Assembly: GCA_963669175.1 (NCBI GenBank)
Contig: OY769902.1
Coordinates: 5,184,001-5,248,000, forward strand
Reading direction: 5' to 3'
Source of the DNA: a bacterium
GTDB taxonomy: Bacteria > Electryoneota > Electryoneia > Electryoneales > Electryoneaceae
Length of the DNA: 64,000 bases
The notes under the pieces: generated by a model
Database searches by the model: none
The model's input: only the letters and a program-made list of their open reading frames with translations
Told to the model about the DNA's origin: nothing
Shown here: piece after piece, positions 28,390 to 39,287 of the stretch
How the letters are laid out: each line of letters starts with the position of its first letter
Position numbering within the stretch: position 1 is the stretch's first letter
Made by a program: the position numbers and the translations under genes

Positions 28390-31287
28390 ATGGCGAAGAA
28401 CCCGAAGAGCATTGAGACACTGACACACGAAGAGGCCAAGCGGAAGAACATACCGCCGGCGGAGTACTCGTCGCTGCTGGAGGATAAAGACCAGGCATCG
28501 GTGAGGGTGGCGTATGAGCGTCGGAACCGGGATCTGGACCCGCAGCTTGTGTGGAGGGGCAAGGACGAGCAGGACTGGTCCGACCTAGTTGTGCAAGCTC
28601 CACCATTGTTCATCCAGGAGAAGATTCACCCCAAGGTGTTGATCGACGACCTGAAGGCGGTGGACAGTGACGGCAACAGGGTACGTCTGCCGGACGAGGA
28701 TGATCAGATCGACCTGTTCGGGGATTTCAACGGCATCGCGGACGAGAACGCCAAGACCGAGTTCTACCAGCATGACGCGCACTGGTCCAACAGGATGATC
28801 CTGGGTGATAGCCTGCAGGTGATGGCGTCGCTGGCGGAACGGGAAGGCCTACGCGGCCAAGTTCAGTGCATTTATATCGACCCGCCTTATGGCATCAAGT
28901 TCAATTCGAATTTCCAATGGTCCACCACCACCCGGGACGTAAAAGACGGCAAGGCGGACCATATCACTCGTGAACCTGAACAGGTGAAGGCCTTCCGGGA
29001 TACTTGGCGCGACGGCATTCACTCCTACCTCACCTACCTGCGTGACCGGCTTACCGTTGCACGGGATTTGCTGACGGAATCAGGCTCGGTTTTTGTGCAG
29101 ATTGGAGATGAAAATGTTCATCGAGTACGGGCGATGATGGATGAAATATTTGGAGACAGCAACTTTGTAACATTAATATCAGTTGCAAAAACCAAAGGCG
29201 CTACTTCATTGTTATTACCAAACACATTAGATTATATAATATGGTATTCTAAAAATTATGAACAGTGTAAATATAGAAAATTAGTAACTGTTAAATCGCT
29301 TGGACAAGAAGGAACAAGTAAATACTCTCATGTTGAGTTTCAGGATTTAAAAAAACGCACTATAGAAAAATCTGAGCTTTTTGGCGTTACTAGTTTACCA
29401 AACTCATCAAAATCGTTCTTATACGAAGATTTGACCTCGCAAACTGGTGGGGATACTACCAGATTTTCCATACATTTTGATGGGAGAAAGTTTATACCAT
29501 CTAAAAGAAGGGGTTGGCGAACACACGTTGATGGCATAGAGCGTTTAAGAAAATCATCACGTCTTTTATCGCACACAAATGTATTGATGTTTAAACGTTA
29601 TCTTGAAGACTTTTCAGCTAACTATATGAATAATATTTGGACAGATACATCATCTGGATCAAGTGTCTCAGATCCCAAAGTCTACGTAGTTCAAACTAGA
29701 ACAAAAATTATTGAACGGTGTGTCCTGATGACCACTGATCCCGGCGACTTAGTTCTCGACCCGACTTGTGGGTCAGGTACAACAGCTTACGTTGCCGAGC
29801 AGTGGGGACGCCGGTGGATCACCATTGACACGTCGCGCGTGGCCCTGGCGTTGGCGCGGGCGCGGATCATGGGAGCACGGTATCCCTACTACACACTTGC
29901 CGACAGCCGTGAGGGGCAGCTCAAGGAAGCAGAACTGTCGCGTGCGGAACCGACCACAGCGCCCACGCATGGGGATATCCGGCAGGGTTTTGTGTACGAG
30001 CGTGTTCCCCACATCACCCTTAAATCCATCGCGAATAATGCGGAAATTGATGTGATTTGGGATAAATGGCAGCAGCACATCCAGCCACTCCTCGAGCAGT
30101 TGGGAAAAGTGAGCAGTGGACAGTGGATAGTGGACAGTGGAACGACAGTAGATAGTGACCAGGAGGCAGTGGTCAGTAACACTGACCACAAGCCACTAAC
30201 CACTAACCACTTGGAGGAGTGGGAGGTGCCGCGTGACTTCCCCGAGGAGTGGCCCGAGGACGCCAAGCCGTTGCATGCTGAATTCTGGAAGCTGCGGATT
30301 GCCCGGCAGAAGGAGATCGACGCCTCCATTGCCGCCAAGGCGGACTACGAGTACCTCTACGACAAACCCTACGAGGACAAAAAGAAAGTCCGTGTCGCCG
30401 GGCCGTTCACCGTGGACAGCCTCTCCCCGCACCGCACGTTGACCATGGGACCCGATGACGAACTGATCGACCCCAGCAAGCCCACCAAACAGGCTGAAGG
30501 CGACGATGACGGTTTCGTGGCCATGATCCTGGAAAACCTGCGCACCTCCGGCGTCCAGCAGGTCCACAAGGGCGACAAGATCGAGTTCACGTCACTGACA
30601 CCCTGGCCGGGCAGCTACATCTGCGCAGAAGGCGTATTCCACGAGGGCAACGCGGAAGACGGCACCAAACGGAGGGCTGGAATCTTCATCGGGCCGGAGT
30701 TCGGGACCGTGGATCGGCAACACCTGGTACGCGCCGCGAAAGAGGCTGCCGACGCTGGCTACGATGTCGTGATCGCCTGTGCCTTTAACTTCGACGCCCA
30801 CGCCACCGAGTTCGACAAACTGGGCCGTATCCCCGTGCTGAAGGCCCGCATGAACGCCGACCTGCACATGGCCGAAGACCTGAAGAACACAGGCAAGGGT
30901 AACCTGTTTGTCATCTTCGGTGAACCCGATATCGTGATCAAGGATGCTGAAGGCGGGATGATCCTGGTGCAGGTGAAAGGTGTAGACGTCTTCGATCCGA
31001 GTACAGGCGAGATCCGGAGTGACGATACTGACGGCATCGCCTGCTGGTTCATAGACACGAACTACAATGACGAGAGCTTCTTCGTCCGTCACGCTTACTT
31101 CCTCGGCCAGAACGATCCCTACAAAGCCCTGAAAACGACCCTGAAAGCCGAGATCAACCAGGACGCCTGGGACACGCTGAACAGCGACACCTCCCGGCCG
31201 TTCCCCAAACCCGATACCGGCCGCATAGCTGTCAAGGTCATTAACCACCTCGGGGACGAGGTAATGAAGGTATATCAGGTAAACTAG
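28390..31287 (+). CDS. site-specific DNA methyltransferase (type III-like Mod, beta class)
   Basis: catalytic IDPPY precedes the SAM motif VLDPTCGSGTT; partner of the upstream Res. Confidence 0.9.
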   Translation: MAKNPKSIETLTHEEAKRKNIPPAEYSSLLEDKDQASVRVAYERRNRDLDPQLVWRGKDEQDWSDLVVQAPPLFIQEKIHPKVLIDDLKAVDSDGNRVRLPDEDDQIDLFGDFNGIADENAKTEFYQHDAHWSNRMILGDSLQVMASLAEREGLRGQVQCIYIDPPYGIKFNSNFQWSTTTRDVKDGKADHITREPEQVKAFRDTWRDGIHSYLTYLRDRLTVARDLLTESGSVFVQIGDENVHRVRAMMDEIFGDSNFVTLISVAKTKGATSLLLPNTLDYIIWYSKNYEQCKYRKLVTVKSLGQEGTSKYSHVEFQDLKKRTIEKSELFGVTSLPNSSKSFLYEDLTSQTGGDTTRFSIHFDGRKFIPSKRRGWRTHVDGIERLRKSSRLLSHTNVLMFKRYLEDFSANYMNNIWTDTSSGSSVSDPKVYVVQTRTKIIERCVLMTTDPGDLVLDPTCGSGTTAYVAEQWGRRWITIDTSRVALALARARIMGARYPYYTLADSREGQLKEAELSRAEPTTAPTHGDIRQGFVYERVPHITLKSIANNAEIDVIWDKWQQHIQPLLEQLGKVSSGQWIVDSGTTVDSDQEAVVSNTDHKPLTTNHLEEWEVPRDFPEEWPEDAKPLHAEFWKLRIARQKEIDASIAAKADYEYLYDKPYEDKKKVRVAGPFTVDSLSPHRTLTMGPDDELIDPSKPTKQAEGDDDGFVAMILENLRTSGVQQVHKGDKIEFTSLTPWPGSYICAEGVFHEGNAEDGTKRRAGIFIGPEFGTVDRQHLVRAAKEAADAGYDVVIACAFNFDAHATEFDKLGRIPVLKARMNADLHMAEDLKNTGKGNLFVIFGEPDIVIKDAEGGMILVQVKGVDVFDPSTGEIRSDDTDGIACWFIDTNYNDESFFVRHAYFLGQNDPYKALKTTLKAEINQDAWDTLNSDTSRPFPKPDTGRIAVKVINHLGDEVMKVYQVN

Positions 31288-31308
31288 ACCGAACAAAGGA
31301 AACGGATT

Positions 31309-33063
31309 ATGGCTAAGGAAATCAAGGCTAGAAAGGTGTTTTTAAAGAATGTATTCAAGATGTGGTTTAGAATCCCAAGCTACCAGCGGCCATATGTATG
31401 GGAAAAAGACCAGATCAGTGATTTGCTTGATGATATCACATATGCCCAGAGTAATAGTCCAAACGCTGAGTATTTTCTTGGTTCCTTTGTCTTTCAGTCA
31501 ATTACCGATATCAATGACGACAATCTGCAGGTTGTAGAGAACGATCTTCTAGATGGCCAACAGCGAATCACTACTTTGATTCTCATTTTTGCCGTTATGA
31601 GGGATTTATTTGAAGATAACGAGCGAAAAAAGAAGTGTCAGAACCTACTGTATCAGCAAGCTGACATTGATGAGGGCATTCCAGAGCGTCCCCGGCTGTT
31701 ATACGATATCGATTCGACGACTCCGAAGTTCATTGACCAATATATAACGAATCCTGGGCATACATGTCCAAAAGAGGAATCATATGAATTTGACGCAGAT
31801 GTTTCTAAGTATAAGAATATCACGGTTAAGAATCTTGCTAATGCAATAAAAGTGATTTATGGACTCCTGTGCAAATACGCTCAAGAGGAAATCGTCGAAT
31901 TATTCCAGTACATGCTTAACAAGGTGCTAGTGATATATGTATATACAGAAGATTTGGAAGATGCTTTCCGTCTGTTTACTATCTTGAATGATCGAGGTGT
32001 ACCGCTTCGCAACAGTGATATTTTAAAATCCGAGAATCTACGTGCCCTCAATAATCGGGAAGAAGAAATCGAATATCGTAAGCTCTGGGAACAAGCTGAA
32101 GGAGAGCTAGATGAAGAGTTTGATCGTTTCCTTAACTACATCCGCACTATTCTGGTAAAAGAGAAGGCAAGGCAGAGTCTTCTAACTGAATTTAAAGACA
32201 AAATCTACAATCCGAAGGAGAAGGACAAATCAACAGGAAAAGCACGCCCCCCGCTCTTAAAAAAGGGCAAACCAACCTTCCAATTCATAGAACGCTATTT
32301 GGACGTTTATAAGGAATTAATGGGCGGTTCACTACACGATTTAGATGGTCGCTATGGGTTCACAAACCTAATAACTATTATGGAGAAGGGCTTCCTTGCT
32401 ACTGATTGGATTCCCCCAGTCATGCGATACTATGACAAATTCAGAACAAATCAGCTTGTGGATTTCCTCCATCAGATCAATCGGAAATTCGCTGCCGATT
32501 GGTTATGTCAATACACACCAACAACAAGAATTGAAAACATGAATAATATTATTCAGGCAGTCGAGGATTCTTCAAGTCCAGAGAATTTGCTGTCGCATGA
32601 CCTGTTTGCATTCGATTCCGAGGGTCTTCTGGCTGCAATAAACGGAAAGATTTACGGACGGCGTTTCGCACGTTATGTAATGCTGATGCTTGATTATTGT
32701 GTGGGAAATCAGCGTGATGAAAAAATGAACTTTGATACACTATCGATTGAACATGTTCTCCCGCAGAATCCTGCAGTGGACAGCGAGTGGACAAGTCTCT
32801 TTTCAGATGAACAACGCGAAAAGTGGACACACAAACTGGGCAACTTGGTGATGATAACTAGGCGAAAAAACTCATCGCTATCTCGTAAGCCATTTGAGGA
32901 AAAAAAGGAAACATATTTCGACGGTAATGTCGAAACGCGCCCGTACACTCTGCAGGTTCTTCACAGACATTCGACGTGGGATTCTGATTCACTTAAGGAC
33001 AACCACAGATCGGCTGTCTCAACGCTTTCCAAGTATTTTCGTTTATCAACCGACACAGACTGA
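31309..33063 (+). CDS. DUF262-DUF1524 protein (GmrSD-like modification-dependent nuclease)
   Basis: IPSYQRPYVW, DGQQR, F..LNDRG, SIEHVLPQ..GNL..N. Confidence 0.88.
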   Translation: MAKEIKARKVFLKNVFKMWFRIPSYQRPYVWEKDQISDLLDDITYAQSNSPNAEYFLGSFVFQSITDINDDNLQVVENDLLDGQQRITTLILIFAVMRDLFEDNERKKKCQNLLYQQADIDEGIPERPRLLYDIDSTTPKFIDQYITNPGHTCPKEESYEFDADVSKYKNITVKNLANAIKVIYGLLCKYAQEEIVELFQYMLNKVLVIYVYTEDLEDAFRLFTILNDRGVPLRNSDILKSENLRALNNREEEIEYRKLWEQAEGELDEEFDRFLNYIRTILVKEKARQSLLTEFKDKIYNPKEKDKSTGKARPPLLKKGKPTFQFIERYLDVYKELMGGSLHDLDGRYGFTNLITIMEKGFLATDWIPPVMRYYDKFRTNQLVDFLHQINRKFAADWLCQYTPTTRIENMNNIIQAVEDSSSPENLLSHDLFAFDSEGLLAAINGKIYGRRFARYVMLMLDYCVGNQRDEKMNFDTLSIEHVLPQNPAVDSEWTSLFSDEQREKWTHKLGNLVMITRRKNSSLSRKPFEEKKETYFDGNVETRPYTLQVLHRHSTWDSDSLKDNHRSAVSTLSKYFRLSTDTD

Positions 33064-33097
33064 CTAGCACTCGGATCGAGGATACTGAATCATCAAG

Positions 33098-33343
33098 TTG
33101 AGGACAGGTGAGACAATATTCGGCAAGAACACGGTGTTCGATTTGCTTGAGGACATCAAGCCGAGAGATTCTAAGGGCAATCTGCTTGCCATCTTTGGCA
33201 AGCTTGATCTTGAAAACAAGAATGCCTGGGAAATATTTCACAGCGATACTTCCCGGCCGTTCCCCAAACCCGATGCCGGCCGTATCGCAGTCAAGGTCAT
33301 GAACCACCTCGGAAATGAGGTGATAAAGATTAGTGAGGTCTGA
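33098..33343 (+). pseudogene. internally deleted duplicate of the Mod gene 3' end
   Basis: KGNLLAIFG...AWEIFHSDTSRPFPKPDAGRIAVKVMNHLGNEV matches the Mod C-terminus. Confidence 0.85.
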
Positions 33344-33346
33344 TCT

Positions 33347-34180
33347 ATGGAAGAAATACATTTTGATGTAGCTGCCGCCCTTAACTGGTTCACCGAGGAA
33401 AGTACAACTCCCTATAGATTAGTTCGCATAAACGAAGATCAAGCAGACCAACTTGTCGAGGTTTTGTGCGATCCCATTCGTCGGTGCTACTTAAGCGATG
33501 CTGTTCTGTTACAACGTGCAGATGAACTTGAAGGTGAGGTTCCAGGTGATTTTCAAGAACGTCAGTTAGTTGTGCTTAAATCAACTTTACCAGATCCAGG
33601 ATCAGTAAGATCAGGTGAATTTGGCGAGAACCTTGTATTGCTTTTTCAAGCTATTGATATTCATCCAGAAATCCTTGTAAGCCCGAAAAAGTTAAGACTT
33701 AAACATGATAGAAATAAACCAGCTCCATATTCGGATATAGTTCAATTCTTCCTCCCACAATGGCCTAATACAGGTGAGAATGATACCGTCTATTGTACCG
33801 AATCAAAATTGAAATCAACAGAAGGAGAGTTTGATCCCATTTCGGATTCGATAGCAGGATGTTTACAAGATCGTACAGGACGTCTGACGAAGACTCTTAT
33901 CTGGCTTGAAGAAAATTTGATAAAAGGGAAAGACATCGGAGAAGTAAGTATAGCACAAGTTGATCGGTTTCTGGAACCATATGATCATCCAAAGTGCAAA
34001 AAAGAATACAAAGCTATTGCAATCATCAGCGAGGATTTACTGAGTGAGGAACTCATTAATGCTCCAAATGAAGAACCTGATAATTATCAATTAGTGATTA
34101 TAGCTGTACCTAATTTGTATAGAATTTACAATACTATTTACGATACAATTGAAGAGACACCCATTGATGGAGGTAAATGA
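33347..34180 (+). CDS. hamA: Hachiman HamA-like (DUF1837) nuclease
   Basis: RSGEFGE, D and ESK PD-(D/E)xK-like motifs; overlaps the start of a Ski2-like helicase. Confidence 0.75.
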   Translation: MEEIHFDVAAALNWFTEESTTPYRLVRINEDQADQLVEVLCDPIRRCYLSDAVLLQRADELEGEVPGDFQERQLVVLKSTLPDPGSVRSGEFGENLVLLFQAIDIHPEILVSPKKLRLKHDRNKPAPYSDIVQFFLPQWPNTGENDTVYCTESKLKSTEGEFDPISDSIAGCLQDRTGRLTKTLIWLEENLIKGKDIGEVSIAQVDRFLEPYDHPKCKKEYKAIAIISEDLLSEELINAPNEEPDNYQLVIIAVPNLYRIYNTIYDTIEETPIDGGK

Positions 34181-37170
34181 TAATGAAAATAAATCTCTCT
34201 AATTGGATTAGTGATTCGGACACAATTCGAATGATGGAGCAATTTGGGGTTGACGAAATACATCTATATTCATCATATCAAGATAATAGAAAGGATGATC
34301 TTTATATTTCTTTAGTTTCTGAATTATTTAAAAGTATTAGAAGTGAATACAAGCCATCTCAGGATTTGGCAAGACTAGGTAATTCACTTGCTCAAATTGC
34401 TGAAACACAGAATAAAAAAGACGCCAATGATATTGGTATTAATATATCAGAAACAATACTTTTTGCGGCATCAGCATTCTATTTTGGTGGATATGCTGCA
34501 TCTGCATATGTAATATTTAGAGATAACCAACATAAATATGAACATGATATTTATAATGCTTGTTATGAACTACTTTCTAAATCAGGAACAAGATCTTCAA
34601 AAACTGTTAATAGATTATTAAATTCATTGCGAGATGGAGATATAGAATCATTAGTAATGATCAACCGCGAGGTTGATCTCCAATTAGAAGAGACTTTCTT
34701 AAAAGGACCTACAGAATGGATACCGATGAAATTGTTTGATTCAATGCTTAAGCAGTTTAATGAAACAAATATCCGTGCAGTTCTTCCAAATGGATACTCT
34801 ACATTTTGGAATCCGCTAGTTAACATTTTTCTAAATCAACAGCCTGCAAGATTCGACTTTTTCCCGTCGCAAATTAGTGCCATAAAAAAAGGTCTGCTTG
34901 AGAGAGAGGAAACATTTTCATTACAGATGCCTACTGGCGCTGGTAAGACAACTCTATGTGAGACATTGCTCTACTGGCACCTAAAAAGAAACCCATTAAG
35001 TGTTGCGATCATGCTAGTTCCTTATAGATCGCTGGCAGCAGAACTTAAATATAGCTTGGTGAATAGGTTGAATCAGATGGGCATAAGCTCGAGATCTGCG
35101 TACGGGGGAACAGTCCCTTCTGGAAATGAATCAAGGTCCTTAGAGGATGTTCGTGCGTTAATAGCAACACCTGAAACACTATCTGGAATGCTAACTGCAA
35201 ATCCTGAATTTTCACAGAGAATTAGTTTGGTAATCTGTGACGAAGGACATTTATTAGATGCCCCCTCGCGTGGCGTGGCCCTGGAGCTATTACTCGCAAG
35301 GCTAAGAATTCAAGAGCAAACAACACCCAGGTTCGTTTTCATCTCAGCAATTGTACCCAATATTGAAGAGATAAATAATTGGCTTGGAGGTACAGAAGAG
35401 ACAGTCGTCAGAAGTGATTATCGTCCAGCTTTAGCTGAATTCTCAGTCCTCAGTACTAGAAATTCAGGTTCGTCGTCTGTAAACTTGGTCGTACATCCTC
35501 ATCAGAAGCCACCATTAAGATTTGAGATTGAAAAGTTTCTTTCAGTTGATGATTTTCGCTTCATTAATCCTGATACGGGAAGAAAAAAAGTATACGCTTA
35601 TAAATCAAAAAAAACACTTGCTATCGCTGCTGCAAGGAAATCCCTTCCCCTGGGAGGAGTCGTTGTTTTCTCTGCTAACAAACGTGGGCGACAAGGGGCT
35701 ATAGGCTTGGCAGAAGAAGCACTAAATCAAATTGATAAATCAATCAATCTACCATTGCCATCAAGCTATGCAAATCGACAAGAAGTTAGTAAGCTAACAG
35801 AATACTATGAGCATGAATATGGGAGTGAATGGATTGGTACTAAAAGCATTCATGAGGGCATTGCGTTACATCATGGAGATATCCCGCAAGAAACGAGAGA
35901 AACTATAGAGAATGCACTCCGTAATAATGCAATAAGATTAACAGTATGCACAAATACTCTAGCTGAGGGAGTCAATTTGCCAATTCGTACACTTGTTCTT
36001 TACTCAGTTCGAAGACAACGAGCTGAGGGAAAACCAGAAGATTTGCTAATTCGAGATATAAAGAATCTTGTAGGCAGAGCTGGTCGAGCAGGGGTAACAA
36101 CTAAAGGATTAGTAATTTGCGCGAACGAAAATCAATGGTCTCTTGTAGAGAAGGTAGCTCTCCAAAATGAAGTAGAAATAGTAAGAGGTGCACTACGATT
36201 ACTGATAATAAATGTCGAGAACGAACTTGCAAGAAGATCAGATTTAGAACTATCTAACCAAGTTCTTGAAGATAGTCCAGTTGTCTACAGCTTAATAGAT
36301 GGTATTGATTCTACTTTGATGGATTTAGCAGCTACTGAAATAGGAATGGATACTCTCCGTCAAATTGCTATGGAACTAGCAGACAAAACCTACGCATTCC
36401 AATCATTAGGAGAGAGTTCTAAAACAATATTAAAAAATATTATTGATTCTAGAATTGAAAAGGTAATTGAATCAAAACAAAGTGATCGCTTTACTTGGAT
36501 TAGGGAAACTGGTGTAAGACTACGCATGCTAGAACCAGTCGAAAAAAATCTTTTATTAATGCGAGATACTTGGGATGATATTAATGATGCTACTGATGAG
36601 GAATTTATTAATATTATGTTAAATTGGTCATGGCAACAAATAGATATGAGAGATGCAGTCGTTCAAGCATTCAGAGTTAATGATGATAAAGTTGATACTG
36701 TCAAGGAAGTATTTGTAAATGCTTCTAAAACATGGCTTATGGGCAAAACAATGAAAGATATAGCTGAATCATCAGGTCTAGAAATGGATGATTGGTTAGG
36801 TGTATTTACTCAGGTTATTTCTTATACATTGCAAACTTTGGTAGAACAAGGCATTGCACTTCTTGAAAGGCTATTAGCGTCGGAAGGAAAAAAGCTATCT
36901 ACTGCAGTTAAGGAATTTCCAGAATTTTTGAGATATGGAGTATCGACCAAAACCGGTTTAAGCTTAGCTACGATGGGTCTAAGATATAGGTCAGCTTATG
37001 TAAGGTTAGGTACACTAGACATAGATGTTGGAAAAACTATTATCTATGAGAAAAAGATTTCAGAAATTCTTATTAAATTTTTGAAAGATAATGAGGATGA
37101 GTGGCGATCCGAACTGGGAGAACTTGTATTTGAAAGAACGTTATTAGATCTATCGGATCACATTAAATGA
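34177..37170 (+). CDS. hamB: Hachiman HamB-like Ski2/DEAD-box helicase
   Basis: MPTGAGKT, DEGH, SAI, HHGD, TNTLAEGVNLP, GRAGRAG. Confidence 0.8.
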   Translation: MIMKINLSNWISDSDTIRMMEQFGVDEIHLYSSYQDNRKDDLYISLVSELFKSIRSEYKPSQDLARLGNSLAQIAETQNKKDANDIGINISETILFAASAFYFGGYAASAYVIFRDNQHKYEHDIYNACYELLSKSGTRSSKTVNRLLNSLRDGDIESLVMINREVDLQLEETFLKGPTEWIPMKLFDSMLKQFNETNIRAVLPNGYSTFWNPLVNIFLNQQPARFDFFPSQISAIKKGLLEREETFSLQMPTGAGKTTLCETLLYWHLKRNPLSVAIMLVPYRSLAAELKYSLVNRLNQMGISSRSAYGGTVPSGNESRSLEDVRALIATPETLSGMLTANPEFSQRISLVICDEGHLLDAPSRGVALELLLARLRIQEQTTPRFVFISAIVPNIEEINNWLGGTEETVVRSDYRPALAEFSVLSTRNSGSSSVNLVVHPHQKPPLRFEIEKFLSVDDFRFINPDTGRKKVYAYKSKKTLAIAAARKSLPLGGVVVFSANKRGRQGAIGLAEEALNQIDKSINLPLPSSYANRQEVSKLTEYYEHEYGSEWIGTKSIHEGIALHHGDIPQETRETIENALRNNAIRLTVCTNTLAEGVNLPIRTLVLYSVRRQRAEGKPEDLLIRDIKNLVGRAGRAGVTTKGLVICANENQWSLVEKVALQNEVEIVRGALRLLIINVENELARRSDLELSNQVLEDSPVVYSLIDGIDSTLMDLAATEIGMDTLRQIAMELADKTYAFQSLGESSKTILKNIIDSRIEKVIESKQSDRFTWIRETGVRLRMLEPVEKNLLLMRDTWDDINDATDEEFINIMLNWSWQQIDMRDAVVQAFRVNDDKVDTVKEVFVNASKTWLMGKTMKDIAESSGLEMDDWLGVFTQVISYTLQTLVEQGIALLERLLASEGKKLSTAVKEFPEFLRYGVSTKTGLSLATMGLRYRSAYVRLGTLDIDVGKTIIYEKKISEILIKFLKDNEDEWRSELGELVFERTLLDLSDHIK

Positions 37171-37197
37171 AGCTATTCAAACTAAAGGAGATAAGAG

Positions 37198-39267
37198 TTG
37201 CTTTTTAGAATAGCCGACACTTTCACTGACAGCTTAAACAGCTTAAATGCAGACGAGCAGAAAATTGTAAAGCAAACCGCATTCGACCTACAAATGGACC
37301 CGTCCAATCCTGGCATGAGCTTTCACAAGCTCGACCGGGCGAAAGATCACAATTTCTGGTCAGTTCGTGTCAGCCGTGATATCCGCCTGATCATACATCG
37401 CAGCAAGAACAGCCTTTTACTCTGTTACGTGAACCACCATGACCAGGCCTACCGCTGGGCGGAGCGGCGCAAGCTGGAACGGCATCCTAAGACCGGCGCA
37501 GCGCAATTCGTGGAAATCCGAGAACGGGTGGAAGAGATCACCATCCCGCATTACGTCACCGCAGAACAGTCCAAGCCCACCCTGTTCGAAGCCGTACCGG
37601 AAGATGAGCTGCTGGGATACGGTGTACCGGAAGAGTGGCTGGAAGACGTCAAGCAGGCGAACGAGGACGGTCTGCTGGAGTTGACAGAGCATTTGCCTCA
37701 AGAGGCGGCTGAGGCGCTGTTGGACCTGGCAGTAGGTGTCAAACCGAAGATCGCGGAACCGGTGACCGAGGAGACGGACCCGTTCAACCATCCCGACGCT
37801 CAACGTCGTTTCCGGGTTGTGGAAGACGTCGAGGAACTGGAACGGGCGTTGGACTACCCGTGGGACAAGTGGGCCATTTTCTTGCACCCGGCGCAGCAGT
37901 CCATGGTAGAACGGGACTTCAGCGGCGCAGCGCGTGTCTCCGGATCAGCAGGCACTGGAAAAACCATCGTAGCGCTTCACAGAGCAGTTTTTCTTGCCAA
38001 ACGGTATCCAGACACCCGTGTGCTGTTAACGACGTTTTCTGACACCTTGGCACGGTCTCTGAAGAGAAAACTGACCACCTTGATCAGCAACCAGCCGCGT
38101 CTAGCGGAAAGGTTGGATGTGCATTCCATGGACAGCTTGGGCTGCCGGTTGTATGAACTGACGTTCGGTACTCCCCAGCTGGCTTCGCCGGAATACATCC
38201 GAGAACGATTGCAGGTGGTAACAACGGACAGAGAACTTGACCGGCGTTTTACCCTGCATTTCCTCTGGACCGAGTGGGACCAGGTGGTGGATGCCTGGCA
38301 GTTGGATACGTGGGAAGCCTACCGTGATGTCCTGCGTCAGGGACGGAAGACCCGACTGCCTGAATCCAAGCGAGCGGTCCTGTGGGACATTTTCAGCGCC
38401 GTGAAGGACGAGTTACAGGAGCAGGGGCTGGTGACACTCTCCCAGCTTTACAGCCGCCTGGCAGACCATTACCGGGATGCAGAACGGCGACCGTACGACT
38501 ACATTGTGGTGGATGAAGCCCAGGACGTCAGTGTGGCACAGCTTCGTTTCCTGGTCGCCATTGGCAGCGATCAACCCAACCGTTTATTCTTCGCCGGGGA
38601 CCTGGGGCAACGCATCTTCCAGCAACCGTTCTCGTGGAAGTCGCTGGGAGTGGATATCCGTGGCCGCTCGCAAACGCTGAAGATCAACTACCGGACTTCC
38701 CACCAGATCCGCAGGCAAGCCGACCTGCTGTTGGGACCGGAGCTGGCTGATGTCGACGGGAACGTGGAAGAACGAAAGGGAACGGTGTCTGTCTTCAACG
38801 GTCCGCCCCCGGATGTGCAGGTCTTCGATACCACTGAAGGTGAAGTGGATGGCGTGGCGGTGTGGCTGACAGAACGAATCGAGGAGGGCATAACGCCTCA
38901 CGAGATCGGTGTCATCGTTCGTTCAGAACGAGAGCTGGATCGCGCAAAGGCGGCGGTGACAGCGGCTGAACTTGAGTGTAATGTTCTGGACGAACAGGTG
39001 GAGACCACCAAGGGCTTCGTATCCGTGAGCACCATGCACCTGGCCAAAGGTCTGGAGTTCCGTGCGGTGGTGGTGATGGCCTGTGACGACGAAGTGATCC
39101 CCTCCCAGGAACGGATTGAGACAGTGACCGACGACTCCGACCTGGAAGAGGTCTACAACACCGAACGACACCTGCTGTATGTTGCCTGCACAAGGGCGAG
39201 GGACCACCTGCTGGTTACGGGTGTTGAGCCAGAATCGGAGTTTTTGGATGATCTGATGTTGCTATAA
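37198..39267 (+). CDS. UvrD-like SF1 helicase with N-terminal RelE-like domain
   Basis: GSAGTGKT, VDEAQD, NYRT, AKGLEF, YVACTRA; N-terminal FWSVRVSRDIRLI. Confidence 0.88.
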   Translation: MLFRIADTFTDSLNSLNADEQKIVKQTAFDLQMDPSNPGMSFHKLDRAKDHNFWSVRVSRDIRLIIHRSKNSLLLCYVNHHDQAYRWAERRKLERHPKTGAAQFVEIRERVEEITIPHYVTAEQSKPTLFEAVPEDELLGYGVPEEWLEDVKQANEDGLLELTEHLPQEAAEALLDLAVGVKPKIAEPVTEETDPFNHPDAQRRFRVVEDVEELERALDYPWDKWAIFLHPAQQSMVERDFSGAARVSGSAGTGKTIVALHRAVFLAKRYPDTRVLLTTFSDTLARSLKRKLTTLISNQPRLAERLDVHSMDSLGCRLYELTFGTPQLASPEYIRERLQVVTTDRELDRRFTLHFLWTEWDQVVDAWQLDTWEAYRDVLRQGRKTRLPESKRAVLWDIFSAVKDELQEQGLVTLSQLYSRLADHYRDAERRPYDYIVVDEAQDVSVAQLRFLVAIGSDQPNRLFFAGDLGQRIFQQPFSWKSLGVDIRGRSQTLKINYRTSHQIRRQADLLLGPELADVDGNVEERKGTVSVFNGPPPDVQVFDTTEGEVDGVAVWLTERIEEGITPHEIGVIVRSERELDRAKAAVTAAELECNVLDEQVETTKGFVSVSTMHLAKGLEFRAVVVMACDDEVIPSQERIETVTDDSDLEEVYNTERHLLYVACTRARDHLLVTGVEPESEFLDDLMLL

Positions 39268-39287
39268 TTTCAATCGGGGATTTTGCC

